Positions 34,684-44,940 of a DNA stretch of 64,000 bases are shown piece by piece (position 1 is the stretch's first letter; every line of letters starts with the position of its first letter). Origin of the DNA: an uncultured Spirochaetaceae bacterium (GTDB lineage Bacteria > Spirochaetota > Spirochaetia > SZUA-6 > DRHE01); NCBI GenBank assembly GCA_964588525.1, contig CAZPQC010000002.1, forward strand, positions 9,721 to 73,720. Direction: 5' to 3'. Both the position numbers and the translations under genes were made by a program. Below the pieces are notes generated by a model. The model was given only the letters and a program-made list of their open reading frames with translations, did no database searches and had not been told where the DNA came from.

Positions 34684-35750
34684 GAGCGCTTCCTCCGCTG
34701 CAGCTGGCGTTCCAGCACCGGAGGCAGGGAGGCAAAGGTGTGGCGGAAGGTGTCCTCCAGGGAAGGATCCGCTTCGCTCTCGGCCCGCTCGAAGGCCTTC
34801 TTCGACTCTTCCAGGGCCGCCGCGGCCAGCTCCTCCCGATCCTTTTCGGTGAGCAAACCCCTGCCCAGCAGGTACTTCTCCAACCGAATCAGGGGATCCT
34901 TGCCACGCCAGCCGGCCAGCTGGGCCTCATCCCGGTAGAGCTTTGGGTCATCCGCCGTGGTGTGGGCGCCGAGCCTGTAGGTAAACCCTTCGATAAGCAC
35001 CGGCCGGCTCTTCTCTCTGGCGATCAGGGCGCCGACGCTCGCAGCAGCGTAGACGGCCGGCAGATCGTTTCCATCGACCCGAATGCTCTCGAAACCGTAG
35101 GCGCAGGCCTTCTCCGCCAGGGTGCGGCTGGCGGTCTGCTTTTCCGTGGGCAGGGATATGGCCCACTGGTTGTTTTGGACGTAGAACACCACCCCTACGC
35201 TCCAAACGCCGGCCAGGTTGAAGGCTTCATGCACCGCCCCCTGGGAGGTGGCTCCCTCACCCATGAAGGACAGGACGATTCGCCCGCTTGCTTTTAATTT
35301 CTCTGCGTAGGCGATGCCCACGGCGTGCAGAGGCTGGCTGCCGACGGGGATGGCGATCGGCAGCGTGTGGTAGATTTCCGGCGGAAGATTGCTGCCCTGT
35401 TCGTTCCCGTACCAGTACATGTATACCTGGTGAAGGGGAATCCCCTTGGCGATCAGGGCGCCCAGCTCGCGGAAGGCCGGAACCAGCCAATCGTCCTCCC
35501 TAAGGGCGAGAACCGCTCCCACGGCGTTGGCCTCCTGTCCCTTGTTCGGGGGATAGGTGGCCATTCTTCCCTGACGGTTCAGGCTCACCGCCCAATCATC
35601 TGCCTGGCGGGCCAGCAGCATCAGCCGGTAGGCGGACAGCATTTCCTGATCGGAGAGCAGGGGCGCTTGAGGAGGGATATCGTTTAAATTTCCGTCCGGG
35701 TCCAGGAGGCTAAAATACTCCTTGTCAGCAAGGGAGAGTGTTTCAAACAT
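34680..35750 (-). CDS. 2-oxoacid dehydrogenase E1 alpha subunit (TPP-binding)
   Basis: I chose the ATG at 35750 (MFETLSL). The GEGATSQG...N TPP motif is present. The longer ORF start at 35927 was rejected. Confidence 0.9.
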   Translation of the reverse strand: MFETLSLADKEYFSLLDPDGNLNDIPPQAPLLSDQEMLSAYRLMLLARQADDWAVSLNRQGRMATYPPNKGQEANAVGAVLALREDDWLVPAFRELGALIAKGIPLHQVYMYWYGNEQGSNLPPEIYHTLPIAIPVGSQPLHAVGIAYAEKLKASGRIVLSFMGEGATSQGAVHEAFNLAGVWSVGVVFYVQNNQWAISLPTEKQTASRTLAEKACAYGFESIRVDGNDLPAVYAAASVGALIAREKSRPVLIEGFTYRLGAHTTADDPKLYRDEAQLAGWRGKDPLIRLEKYLLGRGLLTEKDREELAAAALEESKKAFERAESEADPSLEDTFRHTFASLPPVLERQLQRRKRS

Positions 35751-35844
35751 AATGATCGCCGTGCAATGTTCTATATAATACCATTTTGGTAAGGTTAAAA
35801 CAAATGGAAAATTCGTTGCCGGGCGCGGATGGAAGCAAACGGCA

Positions 35845-36336
35845 TTAATATCGATCCAAGTATCGCCGGACGTAACTCTCCTGTTCCCGGGTCTCCAGGG
35901 CGGGGCGGACCTTACGAACCGTGGCAATTGCCCTGGCCGCGGGCAGCTGCAGGTGTCTGCCCACGGCCGAGCAGAGCACCAATCCGGTGCGGCCGATTCC
36001 GGCGAAGCAGTGCACGCAGACCGGTCTGTTCCGATTCATGGAGTCGATGATCGCGTTGATCAGATTGTCAAATGAATCGATGCTGTCGGGGATCCCGAAG
36101 TCGGTTATCGGGTAGTAGTACCAATACAAGCCGACTGCGCGGCAGTGAGGGCCGAGATCCGCGGCCCTGTCCGTGAGGGATACGAGGCAGCGGATCCCCC
36201 GGCCGTATAAATCGGCCAGGTCAGTAGCTATCGTACCGCCCGTGCCGAACAGGGCGGTCCTTCCGAAGTACGCTTCATCCGGGATGGCGGAGCCGGCCAG
36301 TTTGTCGCGGATAACCCAGGAGAAATTGTCAATCAT
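35845..36336 (-). CDS. Dual-specificity / Cys-based protein phosphatase
   Basis: The VHCFAGIGRTG (HCx5R) active-site loop is present. Confidence 0.8.
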   Translation of the reverse strand: MIDNFSWVIRDKLAGSAIPDEAYFGRTALFGTGGTIATDLADLYGRGIRCLVSLTDRAADLGPHCRAVGLYWYYYPITDFGIPDSIDSFDNLINAIIDSMNRNRPVCVHCFAGIGRTGLVLCSAVGRHLQLPAARAIATVRKVRPALETREQESYVRRYLDRY

Positions 36337-36383
36337 GAATCACCAACACCGGCAAGCCCTGAGAGACCACCCCCAGCTCAGCT

Positions 36384-37337
36384 TCACGGCACGATGTGGG
36401 TACCGGTTTTGCCCTCGACCGCCTCCAAAGCCTTGTCCAGAGAGGTGATGATCGTTTCCTTTCCGCTCCACTTAACGAAGCGGATCGCCGCCTCGATCTT
36501 CGGTCCCATGGATCCAGCCAGAAAGTGTCCCTCCGCCGAATAGCTTTCGGCCTCCTTTACGGTGATTCGATCCAGAACCTTCTGGTCCGGTTTGTTGAAG
36601 TTCAGGAACACCTTCTCCACATCGGTGAGGATGAGGAATTTGTCCGCCTGTACCGCCTGAGCCAGCTTGAAGCCGGCCCGGTCTTTATCGATCACCGCCT
36701 CCACACCGCTGTAGCTGCCGTCGCCGTTCTTCTTCACCGGAATTCCTCCACCTCCGGAGGCGATGACGATCACGCCGCTGTTCAGCAGATCGTTGATCGA
36801 TTCGGACTCCACGATATCCACCGGCTCCGGCGACGGGACCACCCGACGCCAGCTCTTCTCGATGCCCGGCTTCACCTCTTTGACGATGTAGCTCTTCTCC
36901 TCGGCCAGGTGGAGGGCCTCCTCCTTGGTGTAGAACGGCCCGACGGGCTTGCTGGGATCCTGAAAGTCCGGGTCCTGGTCGCTGACCTCCACCTGGGTGA
37001 CCACGGTGCAGATCGCCGCGTTCACGCCCTCCCGCATCAGATGGAAAGCGAGTCTGTTCTGCATCATCCAACCGATCTGGCCCTGGGTCATGGCCCCGCA
37101 TACGGCCAGGGTCTGCGCCGGCACCAGGGCGTCGCATTCCTCCTGCTGGATCAGCAGGGCTCCGGCCTGGGGACCGTTCCCGTGGGTCACGACCAGGCGA
37201 TAGCCGGCCTTGGCGATCTTGGCGATTTGTTTCGTCGTTACGTCGACGTTGTGAAACTGCTCTTCCGTGGTGCCCCGTTCATCCGCCTGCTTGATGGCGT
37301 TTCCGCCCAGGGCCACAACCAACACCTCTCTGCTCAT
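36384..37337 (-). CDS. arcC: Carbamate kinase
   Basis: 317 aa with VVALGGNAI and amino-acid-kinase fold motifs. Confidence 0.9.
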   Translation of the reverse strand: MSREVLVVALGGNAIKQADERGTTEEQFHNVDVTTKQIAKIAKAGYRLVVTHGNGPQAGALLIQQEECDALVPAQTLAVCGAMTQGQIGWMMQNRLAFHLMREGVNAAICTVVTQVEVSDQDPDFQDPSKPVGPFYTKEEALHLAEEKSYIVKEVKPGIEKSWRRVVPSPEPVDIVESESINDLLNSGVIVIASGGGGIPVKKNGDGSYSGVEAVIDKDRAGFKLAQAVQADKFLILTDVEKVFLNFNKPDQKVLDRITVKEAESYSAEGHFLAGSMGPKIEAAIRFVKWSGKETIITSLDKALEAVEGKTGTHIVP

Positions 37338-37502
37338 CCGTTGTTCTCCAAATTCGACGAATGTACGCTAAGATTCTCGTTTCTAGATTCTCTCTCGAGA
37401 AGGGAACGCCCCTTTGTAGCGAACATCGCAATCATAAGGTGAGTATCCCGCTCTTGCAAGGGATAGTCGAATTGCTGATTTCATATATTGAGATTCCCGC
37501 GA

Positions 37503-38090
37503 CTAACGAGGCTTCCCGCCCAGCTCTCCGTAGCGGAAGCAGCCGACCAGGTGATCGTTCACCACGCCCACCGCCTGAAGATGGGCGTAGATGATCGTGG
37601 AACCGACAAAGCGGAATCCCCTCGTTTTCAGATCCTTGCTAATCCGGTCGGACAGTTCGGTCTTGGCGGGGATCTCCGAGAGGGTTCGCCGGCGGTTGAC
37701 CACCGGAGAGCCCCCGACAAAGCCCCAGAGGTAGGCGTCGAAGCTCCCGAACTCCTCCCGAATCTCGAGAAAGCGTTTGGCGTTGTTGATCGAAGATTCG
37801 ATCTTCAAGCGGTTGCGGACGATCCCGGCATCCTTCAACAGCCGTTCGATATCCCGGGCACCGAAGCGGGCCACGATCTGCGGATCGAAGCCGCGATAGG
37901 CTTTCCGATAGTTTTCCCGCTTCTTCAGTATCGTCGACCAGCTCAAGCCCGCCTGGGCGGATTCCAAAACCAGGAACTCGAAGTGCTTCCGGTCGTCATG
38001 GACCGGCACGCCCCATTCCTCGTCGTGATAGCGGCGGTACAGGTCCGCACCCTCACACCAGGGGCAGCGGTTTCTTGAATCCTCATCCAT
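37503..38090 (-). CDS. tag: DNA-3-methyladenine glycosylase I
   Basis: The CPWC...YHDEEWGVP motif is present. The ATG at 38090 overlaps the nudC stop region by 8 nt. Confidence 0.9.
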   Translation of the reverse strand: MDEDSRNRCPWCEGADLYRRYHDEEWGVPVHDDRKHFEFLVLESAQAGLSWSTILKKRENYRKAYRGFDPQIVARFGARDIERLLKDAGIVRNRLKIESSINNAKRFLEIREEFGSFDAYLWGFVGGSPVVNRRRTLSEIPAKTELSDRISKDLKTRGFRFVGSTIIYAHLQAVGVVNDHLVGCFRYGELGGKPR

Positions 38091-38937
38091 GGGATGTCCC
38101 CGCCGGCGACGCCTCCGGATCGCGGGACTTCCGGTCGACAAACCAGTCGATCAGCCGTCGAGAGATGCTCGCCTTGTCGGGAATGCGGGGCAGATCGGCG
38201 GCGGTAAACCAGCGGGCATCCATGATTTCCGACGGGTCGATGCGAATCTCCCCCCCGGCGTGTTCGGCGGTGAAGGCGACCATCAGCGAGTTGGGGAAAG
38301 GCCAGCTCTGGCTGCCGAAGTAGCGCAAGTTCTTCACGGTGATGCCCACCTCCTCCGCGATTTCCCGCCTGACGCACTGCTCCAGGGATTCTCCCGCTTC
38401 CACGAAGCCGGCGATGACGCTGTACATGGCGTAGGGAAAGCGGTGGGCCCGGGCCAGAAGGATCTTCTCGCCCCGGGTGATCGCCACGATCACGGCCGGG
38501 CTTATGCGGGGATAGGCGGTCAGGCCGCAGCGGGGGCAGATCTTGGCCCGCTCTTCCTGTCTATCTGCGGTCGCCGAGCCGCAGCGGCCGCAGTACTGGT
38601 GATTCCGGTCCCAATCCACGATCTGAAAAGCCCTGCCTGCGATCCAGAAAAGCTCTTCGGGCAGGCTGCCCCAGAGTCCCCGCAGCTGTTCGAAGCGCAT
38701 CCCCTCCGGAGGTTGGACTTCGGCGGCCAGCTCCGCGGAGTAGCAGCCGTGCTTGCCGAGCGTTCCCAGATACTGCGTCCGCAGCGGCTGTACGCCCAGG
38801 CTCTGGAGCTCATCGCAGAAAGGCGGGCTGGCCCGTTGTTCCTCCACCCGGACCAGCAATCTGTTGTCCTGAAACACGAACCAGTACCCGTGCGTTTCCT
38901 GCGATTCCGGAGGCCGAATGGCCGGTACGAAGTTCAT
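38083..38937 (-). CDS. nudC: NAD+ diphosphatase (NudC-type Nudix hydrolase)
   Basis: A zinc ribbon (CGRCGS...CPRCG) and a Nudix box (GFVEAGESLEQCVRREIAEEVGI) are present. Confidence 0.85.
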   Translation of the reverse strand: MNFVPAIRPPESQETHGYWFVFQDNRLLVRVEEQRASPPFCDELQSLGVQPLRTQYLGTLGKHGCYSAELAAEVQPPEGMRFEQLRGLWGSLPEELFWIAGRAFQIVDWDRNHQYCGRCGSATADRQEERAKICPRCGLTAYPRISPAVIVAITRGEKILLARAHRFPYAMYSVIAGFVEAGESLEQCVRREIAEEVGITVKNLRYFGSQSWPFPNSLMVAFTAEHAGGEIRIDPSEIMDARWFTAADLPRIPDKASISRRLIDWFVDRKSRDPEASPAGTSHG

Positions 38938-38960
38938 CGAATCATACCCTCATTATACCC

Positions 38961-40325
38961 TCAGGCACGTTTCCTTTCCCCATCTTGGATGGATCGGCTG
39001 AACTCGATCAGCGCCGGTTCGAGTCTAGCCCAACCCGGTTCATCCCTGTCTATTATATTGTGGCCGCCGGGAATTTCCAGGTAGCGTATTATGCCGTCCG
39101 GCAGCCCGGCAGCCCGTCTTTTACCGCCCGGCACTGCGGCCATCCGGTGCGCGGTTGCCAGGCGCTCTACCAGTTTTTGCGTTTTCTGCGGGCGCACCAG
39201 CTCGTCCTCCGCCCCTTGCACCACCATGGTGGGAATCCCGACCGAACGGGCGCTTCGATATCCCCCTTTGCCGGTTTTCATGATCTGGTCGATCACCGAT
39301 ATCGGCACCTGCAGATCCCGAAGCCAGGTCTGAACTTCCGGATCGTGCAGATCGACATCCGGAAAGAAATCGTCCAAGGACTGCTTTAGATTTGGATCAT
39401 TGAGATCCGCCTTCAGCAGCGGCCGGAAGTAGCGGGGAAGGAAAGGCCGCAGAACCGCGCCGATCGAACGCTGCAGAGGCGTACCCAGGCGCCAGAAGGG
39501 GGACAGGAGCACCAGCCCGTCCGGCGGGAAGCGGGCTGCCGCCGCCAGCGACAGGGCCCCGCCCAAAGAGTAGCCGATCAGCAGAACCGGTGAGTATTTC
39601 TGTTTGAGCACCTGGAGTGCCTGTCCAACCGCCTCCAGCCAATCGCCGTATCCCCGCTCCAGGATTTCGGCAAACCTGGAACCGAAGCCGGGCAGAAGAA
39701 TCCCCTGCACGGTCCAGCCCTGTCCGTGCAGGGTTTCGGCCAGGGGGCGCATCTCAGCCGGGGTTCCGGGAAACCCGTGCACCAGAAGAGCGGCAGCGCC
39801 CCCTCCGCCGAGGAAGAAGGGTTGATGAACCGGATCGCTGAAGGCCTGCAGCGGTTGGGAGACCAGTTCCGGAGGGACGCTCTGGGCATGGATCAGGTCG
39901 AAGAAGAAAAGGAAGGCTCCCTGAACCACGATGCCCCAGCCGTGTCCCAGCCAGGCGGGATTGCCGCGCCCCAAGGTTGCGGCCAGGCTGATACCCCCCG
40001 CGATGTAGAGGAGATCCAGGCCGGTGTTGATCCACAGGGTTCTACGCAGCTTACGGCTCTCGGACGGCCGTACCCCGGCCTCCATCAGCTTCGTATCGTC
40101 CGGATCGGGTACCGACCGCCGGCGTCTTCGGCTCCTCCAGATGCCGAAATCGGCGATCAGACCGTCGATCGCTCCCCAGGCCAGGGCCTGGATGCCGAAG
40201 CCGTCCCAGAAACCGGCGGTAAACAAGACCAGAGCCAGGCCCGCCAGGGTGCTGCCGGCCGCCCAGATCAGCAGGCGCTGAGACAGGCTGGTTTGAAATT
40301 TCCAGATGTCGATAGTGTTCTTCAT
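38961..40325 (-). CDS. Alpha/beta hydrolase with an N-terminal multi-TM domain
   Basis: The N-terminal ~170 aa are hydrophobic. The C-terminal domain has a GYSLGG nucleophile elbow. Confidence 0.8.
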   Translation of the reverse strand: MKNTIDIWKFQTSLSQRLLIWAAGSTLAGLALVLFTAGFWDGFGIQALAWGAIDGLIADFGIWRSRRRRRSVPDPDDTKLMEAGVRPSESRKLRRTLWINTGLDLLYIAGGISLAATLGRGNPAWLGHGWGIVVQGAFLFFFDLIHAQSVPPELVSQPLQAFSDPVHQPFFLGGGGAAALLVHGFPGTPAEMRPLAETLHGQGWTVQGILLPGFGSRFAEILERGYGDWLEAVGQALQVLKQKYSPVLLIGYSLGGALSLAAAARFPPDGLVLLSPFWRLGTPLQRSIGAVLRPFLPRYFRPLLKADLNDPNLKQSLDDFFPDVDLHDPEVQTWLRDLQVPISVIDQIMKTGKGGYRSARSVGIPTMVVQGAEDELVRPQKTQKLVERLATAHRMAAVPGGKRRAAGLPDGIIRYLEIPGGHNIIDRDEPGWARLEPALIEFSRSIQDGERKRA

Positions 40326-40355
40326 TGTTGATTCCCGGCTATAATGTAACTAATT

Positions 40356-41414
40356 TTGTCAGAGAAAAAAGCTTCAGTGGAGGGATTTTCCATCGTGGAA
40401 CCCAGAGCCTCCAGGTCCTGGTTCGATATAGTCGTAGTTCTGTTGGTTCTTGCAGGGGTAGGATTCCCACTCGGCGTGAGCCTGGCCGGCTCGATCCGGA
40501 GCAAGACCGTCCTGATGGGACGAGCGGCAGGAGCTGACCGAGCAGTGGAGCAGCTGCTCGACCCGCTTCCGGCTGCATCGTTCCGATTTCCTCTTTCCCC
40601 CTGGCGGGTGGGCATCCAGGCGGGTCATTGGAAGATCGAGGAGCTGCCCGCGGAGCTCAGGCGGTTGCAGTCTTCCACCGGGGCGCGCTACGGCAGTTAT
40701 CGGGAGGTCGATGCCAACCTGGACATCGCCCGCCGCGTCGTGGAGTACCTCCTGGCCGCGGGCATTCAGGCCGAACTTTTACCCGCCACGGTCCCGCCGG
40801 GATACCAGGCCGATGCCTTCGTTTCGATCCACGCCGACGGGGCCTACAGATCCGGAGTGAGGGGCTGGAAGATGTCCACACCCTGGCGCTCATCCGCAGC
40901 TTCGAGGATGCTCCTCGATGCCATGGCGCGTACCTATCCCCAGTTCACCGGTTTGCCTGAGGACCGCTACGGCACGACCTACAACATGCGCGGCTATTAC
41001 GCCTTCAGCCCCCATCGCTTTCGCCATGCCATAGCCGGGACGACCCCGGCGATCATCATCGAGACGGGGTTCGTAACAGTTGCCGAAGACCGGGAGGTCC
41101 TTTTCGGCGCTCCCGACACCGTAGCTCAGGGCATTGCCGCCGGGGTCGTCCGCTACTTGGGCCGGTACGATCCTTTGGATCCTACGGCGGTGGCGGTTCG
41201 CAGCTATCCTGTGATGCGGGTGACCGGCGAACAGGCCGAGCTCACCTTTCATCCCGAAGAAAACGCCAAGGTGGCCGGCAGGTTGGAGGGAGGTACGCTG
41301 GTTCGTCCCGTAAACCAGGAGAACGGCTGGGTGGAGGTGATCGTTTGGGGCAACTACCGGCGTTTCGGCTGGATGCGGGAGGCGGATCTGGAAGTTCTGG
41401 ACGGCTCCTCCTGA
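40356..41414 (+). CDS. N-acetylmuramoyl-L-alanine amidase (Amidase_3) with an N-terminal TM segment and a C-terminal SH3-like domain
   Basis: The AFVSIHADG motif is present. The ORF starts at TTG 40356. A GTG at 40395 with a GGAGGG SD is a plausible true start. Confidence 0.8.
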   Translation: MSEKKASVEGFSIVEPRASRSWFDIVVVLLVLAGVGFPLGVSLAGSIRSKTVLMGRAAGADRAVEQLLDPLPAASFRFPLSPWRVGIQAGHWKIEELPAELRRLQSSTGARYGSYREVDANLDIARRVVEYLLAAGIQAELLPATVPPGYQADAFVSIHADGAYRSGVRGWKMSTPWRSSAASRMLLDAMARTYPQFTGLPEDRYGTTYNMRGYYAFSPHRFRHAIAGTTPAIIIETGFVTVAEDREVLFGAPDTVAQGIAAGVVRYLGRYDPLDPTAVAVRSYPVMRVTGEQAELTFHPEENAKVAGRLEGGTLVRPVNQENGWVEVIVWGNYRRFGWMREADLEVLDGSS

Positions 41415-41476
41415 GGTTTGGCGGGACGGTTGGATACTGTCACCAGGCTCGCATGTCTCCGATCCCCGAGGCTCGT

Positions 41477-43936
41477 CTAGGGAGAGAGAAGCAACTTCGA
41501 CACGGTCATCGCCTCGACATCCGCCCGCTTGACGGGGAAATCGAACAGCTCGCCGGCAGCCCAGCCGTCCACCAGATCGTCGTAGTGTTCGTGTCCCGGC
41601 TGACAGGATTGGCCGAGAGGCATGCTGACCTTCATGGCGTTCACGTCGTCGAGGGGGATTACCATACGGAGTCCCGGCAGCATCGTGACCTTGTACTCAT
41701 CCTTTGCCGCGATGTAGGCGTTGTTGTTCACGGTATTGAAGTCACCGGCTGCGGGGATAGGTCCTACATTGAGCAGCCAGGCTTTGAACCAGCTGGTCCC
41801 CCCGGCGTGCTTCCAGTAGTAGTAGTGCAGCTTGCCCCACTTCCATTTGCGGGGATTTCTGCCGAGCTCTTCCTCCAGCCAGCCGTAGGCCCTGGACAGA
41901 GCCATTTCCAGGATCTGCTGGGGCGTCTCTCTGCCCGGCGTGTCCTTGCGATCCCAGAGAGGGGAGTCAGGCCGATCCAGTATCACATCCTGAATCAGGT
42001 ACTTCTTGAGGGTGATGTGGAAGTAGGGGAACAGGTTCTCCCCCAGCTCATCCTCCAGCAGGGCCCGCACCCACTGGTTGAGGAAGACCTCATACACAGC
42101 CGCTCCCGGGCTGTCGGCCCGTACCTCGCGGTCCCAGTTCTTCAACATCTCCAAGGCCGCTGCCGCTTTTTCATCCTCGAAGCTGTAGGCGAACAGCTTG
42201 GGCAGGATGCTGTCCGCCTGCAGGGAATGCACATCCATCTGCATACGGCGGAAGTCTTCCACGGTTGGGGTATCCAGATCCTCCAGCAGCATGGCAATCC
42301 GGTTCCTACGGTAGTCGGCGGACCACATAAAGGAAAAGACGTATGGATCGTCTTTCGGAATCGTGCGGTTGTTGGTGTTTATAATCTGCCCCTCCGGCGG
42401 ATTGTAGGCATCGGGCATCTGCTCCACGCTGAGGAATCCCTGCCAGTCGTTGAGTCCCGATGAGCCGTCCGCGGGTAGGCGGCCGGAGTAGCCGCTGCGC
42501 TTTGGAACCGATCCGGTGGTCTGCCAGCCGATATTGCCGTCCGCATCTCCCATGATTACACTGAACCCGATGGTCTTCATGTCGGCCAAGATGTCCATCA
42601 TCTCCGCCACGCTGCCGGCCTCCATGAAGCGAAGCACCGATGACAGAGTTCCGTCGATGACCTCCTTACCCCGCACCGTGCCGTAGGAGCGCAGGGCCAC
42701 CGCACCTTCGGTGCCCGGCTGCAGCTCGGTGATGATCGGCCCGAAGATCGTATGGTACACGGTCTTGCTCACGGACCGTCCTTCGGGCAGCCCGATGACC
42801 AGCTCTTCTTCCTCCATTTCCAGCGTCTGATCCCCCACGATATAGCGGGTGGGATCCTGGGGATCCAGGCGCAGGACGAACAGGTCCACGAAGTCGATCG
42901 GGAAGATGGCGAAACCCCAGGCCATGGTGTCGGTGTGGCCGGTCATGATCCCCGGAGCCCCGGCGGCGGATACACCTGCTGCATTGATCCCGGGGGCGTT
43001 CAAATGACAGAGATACCAGGTATTCGGGAGAGAGATGCCCAGGTGCTGGTCATTGGCGAACAGCGGCTTGCCTCCCGGCCCGCTTTTGCTGATCCACATA
43101 TTGGTTCCTCCGGCGCCTGCTTGTTCCGGAAGAGCCTGGAAGAAGGAGAAGACCTCGGGCAGCACCGTCCCGATCTCCACGGAGCGGAGCTTCTCGAAGT
43201 AGGCGTCATCCGGCAGGGTGGCATTCGGAAAGGCCGGGTAGATGTCCGCCCACTCCTCCATCGTGATGCCCTGTCGCCCCAGCAGGGCCATGAGCTCCGG
43301 ACGGTAGTTCTCGCGGAACATCCACGAGTTCAGGACGATGAGACTTATCGTATCCTCGGCCGTGTACTCCTCGGGGGTATGATCGGACGACTGGAACTCC
43401 AGGGGCAGATCCTCCCCCAACAGCCGGATGTAGGCGTTGACGCCGTCTGCGTAGGCCTGGGCCATGGCTCGGTCCTCTGCGCTGAGCGCCTCATAAGCCT
43501 TGCGGCGCAGTGCGGGGAAGCCGAGCATGCGGCAGAAGGTGTCCAGATTGACCCGGCCTTCTCCGGCGAACTCGGAGAGTCGCCCGGAAACGACCCGCCT
43601 GAAGGTTTCCATCTGCCAGAGCCGGTCCTGGGCGTGGACAAAACCCTGGGCGACCAGCAGGTCGTGTTTGTTCTGAGCGTAGATGTGGGGTATACCGTGC
43701 TCGTCCCGCAGCACCGTGACCGGCTGCTGCACGGGCATGTTCGAGATCTCCCCTTCGTATTCAGGCCATCCTTTGGCCAGGATCAGGGATTTGCAGCTGC
43801 CCGGCAGAACAAGGGTCCCGATGACGATGAGGAACCCGACCAATAGACGAGAAATGCCTGCAGTATTTACCTGCCTCATCTGCGTCATCCTTAGTAGACA
43901 GAATTCTGTGCCTATCTTCATTGTAATTGAGAACAA
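41477..43936 (-). CDS. Penicillin/AHL-acylase family (S45 Ntn-hydrolase) protein, secreted
   Basis: 819 aa with a signal/TM segment. The family layout includes GGTNMW at the expected autoprocessing site, followed by ANDQHLG. Confidence 0.9.
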   Translation of the reverse strand: MFSITMKIGTEFCLLRMTQMRQVNTAGISRLLVGFLIVIGTLVLPGSCKSLILAKGWPEYEGEISNMPVQQPVTVLRDEHGIPHIYAQNKHDLLVAQGFVHAQDRLWQMETFRRVVSGRLSEFAGEGRVNLDTFCRMLGFPALRRKAYEALSAEDRAMAQAYADGVNAYIRLLGEDLPLEFQSSDHTPEEYTAEDTISLIVLNSWMFRENYRPELMALLGRQGITMEEWADIYPAFPNATLPDDAYFEKLRSVEIGTVLPEVFSFFQALPEQAGAGGTNMWISKSGPGGKPLFANDQHLGISLPNTWYLCHLNAPGINAAGVSAAGAPGIMTGHTDTMAWGFAIFPIDFVDLFVLRLDPQDPTRYIVGDQTLEMEEEELVIGLPEGRSVSKTVYHTIFGPIITELQPGTEGAVALRSYGTVRGKEVIDGTLSSVLRFMEAGSVAEMMDILADMKTIGFSVIMGDADGNIGWQTTGSVPKRSGYSGRLPADGSSGLNDWQGFLSVEQMPDAYNPPEGQIINTNNRTIPKDDPYVFSFMWSADYRRNRIAMLLEDLDTPTVEDFRRMQMDVHSLQADSILPKLFAYSFEDEKAAAALEMLKNWDREVRADSPGAAVYEVFLNQWVRALLEDELGENLFPYFHITLKKYLIQDVILDRPDSPLWDRKDTPGRETPQQILEMALSRAYGWLEEELGRNPRKWKWGKLHYYYWKHAGGTSWFKAWLLNVGPIPAAGDFNTVNNNAYIAAKDEYKVTMLPGLRMVIPLDDVNAMKVSMPLGQSCQPGHEHYDDLVDGWAAGELFDFPVKRADVEAMTVSKLLLSP

Positions 43937-44016
43937 CAGGAGATCGCAAATTTTTCTGAGCAGGAGGAGGCCTTTGACTCCCCGCCGCGGCCTGCCGGGA
44001 CACCCCTGTCGACTAG

Positions 44017-44808
44017 CTATTCGTTCAGCGTGGAACGCATGTGGGTCGCCTCCGCACCGTGCACCACCGCCACGACCTCCGCCGCGATCGAGATCGCGAT
44101 CTCCGCCGGGGTGTCGCCGCCGATCTTCAGCCCTACCGGGGCGTACAGATAGTCGGGCGCCTGCAGACCGGCCGACTTGAGTTTATCCAGGGTGGTGCGG
44201 ATCTTGGGACGTGAGCCGATCAAGCCGACATAGCGATACTCGTCTTTAGCCTGCAGCACCTGCTTCAAGACCTGGTAATCGTGCAGATGACCGTGGGTGG
44301 CGATGAAGCAGAACTCGCAGGCTCGCAGGATTTCCGCGGCGCTTCCGATGTCCTCGTAATCCCCGGTAATGATCGTTCGCTCTTCGGTTTCACTCAGCAG
44401 GTCCCGAACCTCCGGCCGGGAGTCGAACAAGGTCACTCGAAAACCGAGGGATTCCAGAATCGGGGTCAGAGCCCTGCCGATGTGTCCGCCTCCGAACAGC
44501 ATGAAGCCCCGCCGACCCTGCATGTACTCGTACAGCAGGGTAACCTGGCCGCCGCATTTCATTTTGAGCTTTTCGAGATTGTAGGCTTCCAGGCGGTTTC
44601 CCCGGGTTCTCAGCACCTCCTTGCCGTCCGCCACCGCCCGATGTTCGATCGCTCCGCCTCCTACGGTTCCGAACAGCTCGCCCCGGTCGGTCAGGATCAT
44701 CTTGAATCCTTCTTTGCCGGGGGTTCCGCTACCCGCTTTTACCACGGTTACCAGGACTATATTTGTTCCCTGTTCGATCAGGCTGCTGCAAGTTTTTAGA
44801 ATATCCAT
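44017..44808 (-). CDS. XdhC/CoxI-family molybdoenzyme maturation protein
   Basis: An XdhC N-terminal domain and a Rossmann-like FGGGHIGRAL motif are present. I chose the ATG at 44808. Confidence 0.85.
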   Translation of the reverse strand: MDILKTCSSLIEQGTNIVLVTVVKAGSGTPGKEGFKMILTDRGELFGTVGGGAIEHRAVADGKEVLRTRGNRLEAYNLEKLKMKCGGQVTLLYEYMQGRRGFMLFGGGHIGRALTPILESLGFRVTLFDSRPEVRDLLSETEERTIITGDYEDIGSAAEILRACEFCFIATHGHLHDYQVLKQVLQAKDEYRYVGLIGSRPKIRTTLDKLKSAGLQAPDYLYAPVGLKIGGDTPAEIAISIAAEVVAVVHGAEATHMRSTLNE

Positions 44809-44940
44809 AGGGCTACTGTAAATCCTGGCCTGTAAATGCTCAAGGGCTCGAGGGTGCTCAAGAGCGGCGTTCCCGGTTGCGGCAAGATTGGTCCCGGGGC
44901 GCGGATTTATGTACATTTACAGGTGAAAGAGGAGTAGCGG

